From: Planctomycetota bacterium
Lineage (GTDB): Bacteria > Planctomycetota > Brocadiia > JAADGH01
Direction of reading: 5' to 3'
NCBI GenBank assembly: GCA_040755855.1
Contig: JBFMAD010000002.1
Span: 224,001 to 288,000, forward strand
Length of the DNA stretch: 64,000 nucleotides
The position numbers and the translations under genes were made by a program. Shown piece by piece: positions 1 to 7,213 of the stretch (its first letter is position 1; each line of letters starts with the position of its first letter). Below the pieces are notes generated by a model, which saw only the letters and a list, made by a program, of their open reading frames with translations, had not been told where the DNA came from and did no database searches.

Positions 1-39
1 ACGGGTCTTATGGGTAGAAGGCAATGGAGATAGGGATGG

Positions 40-1206
40 ATGATCGGCATGGAGACGTTACCGCAACTTATTGAGAAGGCGCGGGCCGGCGACCTGGCGG
101 CCTACGAGCGGATCGTCCGGCGCTTCCAGGACATGGCCTGCGGCTATGCCCATTCGATCCTCGGCGATTTCCATCTGGCCGAGGACGTGGCTCAGGAGGC
201 GTTCGTGGATGCGTATCAGCGCCTCGGCGATCTGCGCGAGCCGGGGGCCTTCCCCGGCTGGCTGCGGCGGGTCGTATTCAAGCACTGCGATCGGCTGACG
301 CGGCGGCGCGGCGTGTCCACCGTCCCGCTGGATGCGGCCCGGGGTGCAGCAGGCGATGCCGACATCCCGGACGACTCGATCGAGGAGCAGGAGCTCTCCG
401 ACCGCGTGCTCGCGGCGGTCAGGGCCTTGCCCGATAGCGAGCGCCAGGTCGCCACGCTCTACTACATCAACGGCTATTCCCAGGCGGAGGTCGCCGAGTT
501 CCTGGAGGAGCCGGTGACGACGGTGAAGAGCCGGCTGCACACGGCGCGGCAGCGCTTGAAGGAAAGGATGATGACCATGGTAAAGGATGTCTTGAGCAGG
601 AACGCGCCCGACGACGCGTTCGCCGAACGGGTGTCCGAGGTCATCAATGTCTTCATGGCGAAGGGCCCGGCGGGCGACCTCATCGGCAGCCCGTGGGAGA
701 AGCGGATGCGGCAGCAGACGACGGAGGTGCTGCGCGCCGGCGAAGAGGGGTTCCGCATAGACGTGGCGATGTCGGAGTCGGAACACGCGCGGATACGGAG
801 CCTCGCCGCATTGCACTTCGGACTCCGAGGCGATCCGCGGGGCAAGGAACACCTGATCCGTCTGATGGCCGATCCGAGCGCCCGCGTGCGGAACCGGGCG
901 GTGCAGCAGTACGCCCGGCTGATCCATCCGGGCGAGATTGAGGTTGGCTGGGGGTGGGGTTTGGCGACGCTGGCGGACAAAGTGCCGGTGGGCGTCGAGA
1001 AGCTGATCCCCCTGGTGGACGACGGGAACGCGAAGGTCCGGCTGGCGGCGCTGTTGGCGCTGGGGGCCTATGCGAAGCTGGGTGACAGCCGGATTGACGA
1101 GGCACTGAAGCGGGGGCTTGCCGACCCCATACACAAGAACCGGCACTACACGGCGCGGATCCTCGGCGCGCCCTGCCCGGGGTGCGGCGCGGCTGCGGAG
1201 AAATAG
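40..1206 (+). CDS. ECF sigma-70 factor with C-terminal HEAT-repeat extension
   Basis: Region 2 'AEDVAQEAFVDAYQRLGDLREPGAFPGWLRRV'; region 4 'YSQAEVAEFLEEPVTTVKSRLHTARQRLK'; HEAT-like 'DPSARVRNRAV', 'DGNAKVRLAALLALG'. Start may be ATG at 49. Confidence 0.92.
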   Translation: MIGMETLPQLIEKARAGDLAAYERIVRRFQDMACGYAHSILGDFHLAEDVAQEAFVDAYQRLGDLREPGAFPGWLRRVVFKHCDRLTRRRGVSTVPLDAARGAAGDADIPDDSIEEQELSDRVLAAVRALPDSERQVATLYYINGYSQAEVAEFLEEPVTTVKSRLHTARQRLKERMMTMVKDVLSRNAPDDAFAERVSEVINVFMAKGPAGDLIGSPWEKRMRQQTTEVLRAGEEGFRIDVAMSESEHARIRSLAALHFGLRGDPRGKEHLIRLMADPSARVRNRAVQQYARLIHPGEIEVGWGWGLATLADKVPVGVEKLIPLVDDGNAKVRLAALLALGAYAKLGDSRIDEALKRGLADPIHKNRHYTARILGAPCPGCGAAAEK

Positions 1207-1248
1207 GGGGCGTGGGGGTTGTCGAGAAGCCCGATGGAGCAGGCCGAT

Positions 1249-1273
1249 GTAGCCGCACCCTTTACGGGTGCGG
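1249..1273 (+). repeat. GTAG-type REP-like hairpin, possibly also the sigma gene terminator
   Basis: GTAG followed by CCGCACCC-tttac-GGGTGCGG, then TCTTT; resembles GTAGtCGCAGGC-ttta-GCCTGCG at 63519. Confidence 0.55.
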
Positions 1274-1297
1274 TCTTTCCTTGACTACCGGACATAC

Positions 1298-1372
1298 CCG
1301 GATGGCGTGGCTCAGAGACAGAGCGCCCCGCGTAGGCGGGGAGGTCGCAGGTTCAAATCCTGCCCCGTCCGG
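1298..1372 (+). ncRNA. tRNA-like element / pseudo-tRNA with non-canonical anticodon arm
   Basis: TG at positions 8-9, D arm GCTC-agagaca-GAGC, arm CCCCG-cgtagg-CGGGG (6-nt loop), AGGTC variable loop, T arm GCAGG-TTCAAAT-CCTGC, bulged acceptor stem ccggatgg(c)g/cccgtccgg, followed by T7; no encoded CCA. Confidence 0.7.
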
Positions 1373-1405
1373 TTTTTTTCTTACCCCAAAATAAGTCGAA
1401 CCTCA

Positions 1406-1535
1406 TTAACTCTCATAATATCAAGTTGATACGACTTGAATAATGACACATATTCACCGATGCTGGGTAATTGTAGGATAAATCGGGCCGTCCGTCATTA
1501 TTCGATGCGTAACCATAGTAAATTTAAGGAGTTAA
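1406..1535. repeat. AT-rich 130-bp element: 42-bp inverted arms around a 46-bp core (copy 1)
   Basis: 1406-1447 vs reverse complement of 1494-1535: 28/42 ungapped identity by hand count, sharing TTAACTC, TACG and GAATAATGAC. Confidence 0.6.
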
Positions 1536-1586
1536 CCATATCAGGTTTTTCTTTTGCTCCAAACGCGATCCCCACGTCCCGCGGGG

Positions 1587-1664
1587 GTAGGGGCGGACCC
1601 ATGTGTCCGCCCCTGAGGGCAGGGGACATGCGTTGCAGGGGCCGGCACATGGGCCGGCCCCTAC
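1587..1664. repeat. Inverted pair of GTAG REP-like palindromes (REPIN-like)
   Basis: GTAGGGGCGGACCCATGTGTCCGCCC (1587-1612) and GGGCCGGCACATGGGCCGGCCCCTAC (1639-1664). Confidence 0.75.
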
Positions 1665-1819
1665 ACCCTCCTCCAGCGAAATCAGGAAAATCCCCCCGTT
1701 ACTGAGACATTACGCCACCAGAGATTTTTCCCTTTACGGCTGGGGTGGCCGCGTGGTAATAATCCGGTGCCGATGCTTGACTCCGGGGCCGGACCAGAAC
1801 CCGTGACAGAAGAGGACCC

Positions 1820-2515
1820 ATGAGACGGACCCCCGCGATCTTCGTCTTCCTGTTGGTGGGCATGGCGGCAGCCCGGGGCCAGATCGTCATGGAGCAGGAA
1901 AAGGCCGAGGGATTTGTTCCCCTCTTCAATGGCGCGGACCTCGTCGGCTGGCTGCCGAATCCCGCCCCGGTCTGGAAGATCGAGGGCGGCGTCCTCTCCT
2001 GCACGGGCGACAAGGGCGACTGGCTTCGCACGGAGCAGCAGTTTGAGAACTTTATCCTCCGCCTCGAATACAAGATCAGTCCCGAGGGCAACAGCGGCGT
2101 CTTCATTCGCTGCCCCCTAACCGGTCGATGGTCGCGCACGGGGATGGAGATCCAGATCCTCGACGACCACGGCAAGCCGCCGGGCCGGAGCAGCTCCGGC
2201 TCGATCTATGACGTCCGCGCCCCGAACAAGAATATGTCCAGGCCCGCCGGCGAATGGAACGAAGTGGAGATCACCTGTCGGGACCGTCAGATCAAGGTGG
2301 TCATCAACGGCGAGACGGTGCACAACGTTTGCCTCGACGACCCCGCATTGAACCCGACGGAAATCCCGGAGCAATACAAAGGGAAGAAGCCGAACGATAT
2401 CCCGGGCTATATCCAGTCGCCCCTGGCGAAGCGCGCGCGGAAGGGGCACATCGCTTTGCAGAACCACAGCAGCCCGGTGTGGTTTCGGAACATTCGGATC
2501 AAGGTGTTGGATTGA
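1820..2515 (+). CDS. DUF1080 (3-keto-disaccharide hydrolase/hydratase-like) protein, secreted
   Basis: Signal peptide; 'GFVPLFNGADLVGW', 'GNSGVFIR', 'EIQILDD', 'GHIALQNHSSPVWFRNIRIK'. Confidence 0.93.
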   Translation: MRRTPAIFVFLLVGMAAARGQIVMEQEKAEGFVPLFNGADLVGWLPNPAPVWKIEGGVLSCTGDKGDWLRTEQQFENFILRLEYKISPEGNSGVFIRCPLTGRWSRTGMEIQILDDHGKPPGRSSSGSIYDVRAPNKNMSRPAGEWNEVEITCRDRQIKVVINGETVHNVCLDDPALNPTEIPEQYKGKKPNDIPGYIQSPLAKRARKGHIALQNHSSPVWFRNIRIKVLD

Positions 2516-2528
2516 GGAGGGAGAATAC

Positions 2529-3788
2529 ATGACCAAACCCAACAAGATCGGCCGTCGCGAGTTCCTCCGGCGCTCCACCGCCGGGGCCGTCGGCCTGGGC
2601 ATGACGGCGGGCATGGCCCGGAACGTCCTCGGCGCGAACGACCGCATCCGCGTCGGCGTCATCGGCGTCGGCGGCATGGGTGGCCATCACCTGTCGAACC
2701 TCGTGGAGTACCAAAAGAAGGGCAAGGAGAACGTCGAGGTCGTCGCCGTCTGCGACGCCTTCGAGAAGCGCCGCCTCCGCGCCAAGCAGGTGACCGGCGG
2801 CAAGGCCGACGACTACATTGACTACCACGAGATGATCGACCGGAAGGACATCGACGTCTGCTGGACGGCCACGCCGGACCACGTCCACGCCCCGGTATCC
2901 ATTGACGTCATGGAATCGGGCAAGGACATCTACTGCGAGAAGCCGATGACGCGCTTTTGGGAGCAGGCGAAGCGCGTTTACGCCACGGTGAAAAAGACGA
3001 ACCGGATCATGCAGATCGGCTCGCAGTCCTGCTCCTCGCCCTGCTGGCACAAGGCGGGCGAACTCATCAAAGAGGGCAAGATCGGCAAGCTCGTCTGGGT
3101 CCAGACCAGCGCCGTCCGCAACGCCCGCAAGGACACGGACGAGCGCGACTACACGATCGACGCGGAGGGCAACGAGAAGACCGTCTTCTGGAAGGGCTTC
3201 CTGGCCGAGCACCCGATGCGGACCTTCGACCCGGTGCGCTTCTTCCGGTGGCGGAAGTTCTGGGACTACTCCGGCGGCATCACCACGGAATGGTTCAGCC
3301 ACAATTTGCACAAGCTCATGCCCGTCATCGGCATGGACTACCCCGTGCGCGCCGTCGCCGGCGGCGGCGTCTATTGCTGGAAGGGCGACCGCGAGCCGCC
3401 GACGACGATCCACGTGGTGGTGGACTATCCCGCCGGCCACAGCGTCATGCTCCTCGGCTGCATGGTGAACGAGCACGGCGTGAGCACCGTCGTCCACGGC
3501 CACGAGGCGAACATGTTCATAGGCAGCACGATCACCATCCGTCCCGAGGCGGCCCTCGACGAGGAGGGCGAGCGGCAGACGGAGCAGATTCGCGTCGGCG
3601 GAGCACCGCAGGGCGACGAGGTTGCGTCGCACCACCACAACTTCCTCGAGTGCGTCCGCTCGCGGAAGGAGCCGAACTGCTCCGTGGAGTACGGCCTCCG
3701 CGCCATGGCCGCCATCTGCATGGCGAACGACTGCTACCGCGAGAACAAGGTGAAGTTCTTCAATGCGGAGAAGATGGAGATCGTCTGA
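2529..3788 (+). CDS. Tat-exported Gfo/Idh/MocA oxidoreductase
   Basis: 'GRREFL' Tat motif; 'VGVIGVGGMG', 'TPDHVH', 'YCEKPM'; RBS GAGGAGGG upstream. Confidence 0.93.
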   Translation: MTKPNKIGRREFLRRSTAGAVGLGMTAGMARNVLGANDRIRVGVIGVGGMGGHHLSNLVEYQKKGKENVEVVAVCDAFEKRRLRAKQVTGGKADDYIDYHEMIDRKDIDVCWTATPDHVHAPVSIDVMESGKDIYCEKPMTRFWEQAKRVYATVKKTNRIMQIGSQSCSSPCWHKAGELIKEGKIGKLVWVQTSAVRNARKDTDERDYTIDAEGNEKTVFWKGFLAEHPMRTFDPVRFFRWRKFWDYSGGITTEWFSHNLHKLMPVIGMDYPVRAVAGGGVYCWKGDREPPTTIHVVVDYPAGHSVMLLGCMVNEHGVSTVVHGHEANMFIGSTITIRPEAALDEEGERQTEQIRVGGAPQGDEVASHHHNFLECVRSRKEPNCSVEYGLRAMAAICMANDCYRENKVKFFNAEKMEIV

Positions 3789-3821
3789 CGACGCAGGACC
3801 CCACATCGGGAGGAGATAGAC

Positions 3822-4964
3822 ATGGCTGACACAAACTCACGAATCAACCTCGCCGTCATCGGATGCGGCGCGAGGGGCGTCGAGCACGTCAAGCGCCTGA
3901 AGGAACTCGCCGAGAAAAAAGAGGCCAACGTAGCCGTCACGGCCGTGTGCGACATCTACACCCCGCGCAAGGAGCAGGCCAAGGAACTGACCGGCGGCGC
4001 GCTCTTCCACGACTACCAGGAACTGCTCGCGCGCGACGACATTGACGGCGTCGTCATCGCCGCGCCCGACCACTGGCACGCTCAGATGTGCCTCGACGCC
4101 ATGGAGGCCGGCAAGGACGTCTACTGCGAGTCGCCCATGACGCTCACGTGGGAGGAGGCCATGAAGGTCCGGCAGGCGGTGGACCGCACCCAGCGCGTCC
4201 TGCAGGTCGGCGCGACGGTCTGCTCCGATCCGCGGTGGGCCACGGCCCACGAGCTGATCCAAAAGAAACAGCTCGGCACCATTGTCTGGAGCCAAGCGAG
4301 CATCACCCGCAACTCCGAGGAGGGCGAGGGCAACGTCAAGGTGGACGCCGCGGCCACGCCGAAAGAGATTGACTGGGACCGATTCATCGGCCCCGCCTCC
4401 TGGCGGCCCTTCGACTTGGAGCGCTTCTTCCGCCACCAGAAGTATTACGACTACTCCCTCGGCACACTCAACGATGACAGCCGGTGTGGCCTCTATGGTC
4501 TCCAGATGGCCCTCGGTCCGGAGTTCCCCCAGCGCGTCGTCGCCGCCGGTGGGCAGTGGGTGCACCACGACCGCGAGCTGCCCGACACCTTCCACATCAT
4601 CATCAACTACGCCACAGAGCACACGACGGTCCTCGCCTCGTGCGCCGTGAACGAGTCCGGCCTGCCCACTGTCATCCGCGGCAAGGCGATGACCCTCCAC
4701 CTCGACGGCGACAGCATAAAAGTCGCCCCGGAAAAGGCTTACACCGACGAGCTCGACCCCATTGACATCCCCGTCAAGACGCCGAAGGACCTGCAGAAGG
4801 CGCACCACATGGATTTCCTCGACTGCATCCGTACCCGGAAGCGCCCGAATTGCCACGTTGACCTGGCGTGCAAGGTGACGGTGACGCTGGCCCTCGCGGT
4901 GAAGGCGTTCCGCGAGAACGAGGTCGTCTTCTTCGACCCCGGGAAGGAAGCGCCCGTTGGCTGA
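3822..4964 (+). CDS. Gfo/Idh/MocA oxidoreductase-like protein without signal peptide, degenerate active-site motifs
   Basis: 'AVIGCGARG', 'APDHWH', 'YCESPM' (K to S); paralogous to the upstream gene; RBS GGAGGAG. Confidence 0.9.
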   Translation: MADTNSRINLAVIGCGARGVEHVKRLKELAEKKEANVAVTAVCDIYTPRKEQAKELTGGALFHDYQELLARDDIDGVVIAAPDHWHAQMCLDAMEAGKDVYCESPMTLTWEEAMKVRQAVDRTQRVLQVGATVCSDPRWATAHELIQKKQLGTIVWSQASITRNSEEGEGNVKVDAAATPKEIDWDRFIGPASWRPFDLERFFRHQKYYDYSLGTLNDDSRCGLYGLQMALGPEFPQRVVAAGGQWVHHDRELPDTFHIIINYATEHTTVLASCAVNESGLPTVIRGKAMTLHLDGDSIKVAPEKAYTDELDPIDIPVKTPKDLQKAHHMDFLDCIRTRKRPNCHVDLACKVTVTLALAVKAFRENEVVFFDPGKEAPVG

Positions 4965-5934
4965 GCCTATCGTCGTCAAGCTCGCCCGGCCGGCCATGGC
5001 CACGGAGTTCGAGATCCTCCTCTGGGGAGAAGACCGGAGCTACCTCCGCTCCGTCGGCGAGGAGGCCCTGGACGAGATCGAGGCCGTCGAGCGGAAACTC
5101 AGCCTCTTCGTTCCGACGAGCGACATCGCCGCCGTCAACGCTCGCGCGGCGCGGCAGCCGGTGCGCGTGGCAGCCGAGGTATTCGATCTGCTCAAGCGGG
5201 CCGTCGCCCTGAGCCGGGAGAGCGGCGGCGCATTCGACATCACCACGGCTCCGCTGTCCCGATGCTGGGGATTTCACGCGCGGGAAGGACGCATTCCAAC
5301 GGAGGAGGAGATCGCCGAGGCATCGTCTCTTGTCGGGGCCGACAATATCTTTTTTTGCGAATATTCAAAAAGTATTCGCCTTGCGAAGGTGGGCATGTCC
5401 ATTGATCTCGGCGGCATCGGCAAGGGCTACGCGGTCGAGCGCGCGGCGGGGATTGTCCGGGAGCATGACGTCCCCGGCGGCCTGATCCACGGGGGCACGA
5501 GCACCATCTACGCCATCGGCGCCCCGCCCGATCGCGAGGGCTGGCCCATCGGCATCGTCAACCCGCTCGATCCGACGGAGCGCCTGGCGGTCGTCCATCT
5601 GAAGGACCAGGCCCTCTCGACATCTCGCGGGACCGGCAAGTGCTTCGAGGTCGGCGGTCGGCGGTACGGCCACATCCTCGACCCGCGCACCGGCTACCCG
5701 GCGGAGGGAATCCTCAGCGCGACGGCGATCTGCCCGTCGCCCACCGACGCCGACGCGCTCTCCACGGCCTTTGCCATCTTCGGCATCGAAGAGACGAAGC
5801 GATACTGTGACGATCATCCATCGGCGGGTGCAATCGTTTTTCACGATGAAGAACATAACATCTTACCGCAAATGACTTTATGTGGAGTCATAGCAGAGGA
5901 GGCCGTAGAGAAATGTCTGATCGCAGCGGAATAG
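4957..5934 (+). CDS. apbE: FAD:protein FMN transferase (ApbE family)
   Basis: 'AMATEFEI', 'GAFDIT', 'IDLGGIGKGYAVE', 'GHILDPRTGYP', 'DADALSTA'; TTG start overlapping the previous stop; no lipoprotein signal. Confidence 0.92.
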   Translation: MAEPIVVKLARPAMATEFEILLWGEDRSYLRSVGEEALDEIEAVERKLSLFVPTSDIAAVNARAARQPVRVAAEVFDLLKRAVALSRESGGAFDITTAPLSRCWGFHAREGRIPTEEEIAEASSLVGADNIFFCEYSKSIRLAKVGMSIDLGGIGKGYAVERAAGIVREHDVPGGLIHGGTSTIYAIGAPPDREGWPIGIVNPLDPTERLAVVHLKDQALSTSRGTGKCFEVGGRRYGHILDPRTGYPAEGILSATAICPSPTDADALSTAFAIFGIEETKRYCDDHPSAGAIVFHDEEHNILPQMTLCGVIAEEAVEKCLIAAE

Positions 5935-7196
5935 ATCGAAGAGATTTCCTGAAGGGCGCGACCGCCGCGGCTCTCGCCTTCTCCGCCCTGGCCCATGCCC
6001 AGGAGGAGAAGAAGGACGACGAGACGATCCCCGGCCCGCCGGTAAAACTCGGCGTCATCGGCGTCGGCGGACAGGGCAAGCGGCTCCTCTCCGAGCTGAC
6101 CAAGATGGAGTCGGCGAAGGTCGTCGCCCTGTGCGACATCTATCCCGAACGCTTCAAAAAAGTCCTGCGCGAGATGGAGGAGGAGCCTGAGACCTACGAA
6201 AGCCACAAAGATATGCTCGACGGATCAAAGGACATGGAGGCCGTCCTGGTCGCCACGCCCCTCGCGGCGCACGCGGCCATCTGCCTCGACGCGCTCCAGG
6301 CGGGCAAGCACGTCTTCTGCGAGAGCATGTTGGCCTACTCCATCGAGGACTGCAAAAAGGTCGCCCAGGCGGCAAAGGCGAGCAAGCAGGTCTTCCAGGT
6401 CGGCCACCAGCGCCGGTGCAGCCCGCTCTACAAGCACGCGCTGAAGTTCGTGAAGACCGGCATCCTCGGCGAGCTGAAGCAGGTCCGCGCCCAGTGGCAC
6501 ATGAACCAGAGCTGGCGTCGGCCCGTGCGCGAGCAGGAGATGGAGAAGGCGTTTAACTGGCGGCTCTACCGCGAGTCGTCGCGTGGGCTGATGGGCGAGT
6601 TCGGCAGCCACCAGCTCGACCTCGTGCACTGGTATATGAAGATCAGGCCCACGGCCGTCGCTGGCTTCGGCGGCATTGACCGATGGAAGGACGGGCGCAC
6701 GGTGGACGACAACGTGCAGGCGATCTTCGACTACCCCGGCGGCGTCAAAATGGTCTTCACATCCACGCTCAGCAATTCCTTTGAGAGTTATTACGAGCTG
6801 CTTATCGGCACGCACGCCTCGGTCATGCTCTTCGGCGAGGCGAAGGGCCTCCTCTTCAAGGAGCCGGATGCCGTGGAGATGGGCTGGGAGCTCTACGCCC
6901 GCAAGGAGGAGTGGGGGGTGGACGAGGGCATCCTCCTCGACGCCGACGCGACGAAGTACCAGGAGCTGAAGGACGGGAAGCTGGTCGTGAAGGTGAAGGA
7001 GGAGGACCGACCAACGGAGAAGAAGACCATCTGGCGGTGCGAGCTGGAGGACTTCTGCCGCTCCATCCGCCGGCAGACGCCGTCGGCCTGTGACGCCGAA
7101 TCCGCGCTGGTTACCGCCGCGGCGAGCATCGTCGCCGACGAGGCGATCCAGAAGCAGACGGTGGTGAAGTTCACCGAAGATCACTTCAAGGTGTGA
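5913..7196 (+). CDS. Tat-exported Gfo/Idh/MocA oxidoreductase
   Basis: ATG at 5913 after GAGGAGG; 'DRRDFLK'; 'LGVIGVGGQG'; 'FCESML' in place of CEKP; 'EFGSHQLD'. Confidence 0.9.
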   Translation: MSDRSGIDRRDFLKGATAAALAFSALAHAQEEKKDDETIPGPPVKLGVIGVGGQGKRLLSELTKMESAKVVALCDIYPERFKKVLREMEEEPETYESHKDMLDGSKDMEAVLVATPLAAHAAICLDALQAGKHVFCESMLAYSIEDCKKVAQAAKASKQVFQVGHQRRCSPLYKHALKFVKTGILGELKQVRAQWHMNQSWRRPVREQEMEKAFNWRLYRESSRGLMGEFGSHQLDLVHWYMKIRPTAVAGFGGIDRWKDGRTVDDNVQAIFDYPGGVKMVFTSTLSNSFESYYELLIGTHASVMLFGEAKGLLFKEPDAVEMGWELYARKEEWGVDEGILLDADATKYQELKDGKLVVKVKEEDRPTEKKTIWRCELEDFCRSIRRQTPSACDAESALVTAAASIVADEAIQKQTVVKFTEDHFKV

Positions 7197-7213
7197 CATA
7201 AGGGAGATGCTCG

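Noticed and set aside
1298..1372. Functional canonical tRNA
   Set aside because: No 7-nt anticodon loop with U33, bulged acceptor stem and no GG in the D loop; reported as tRNA-like instead.
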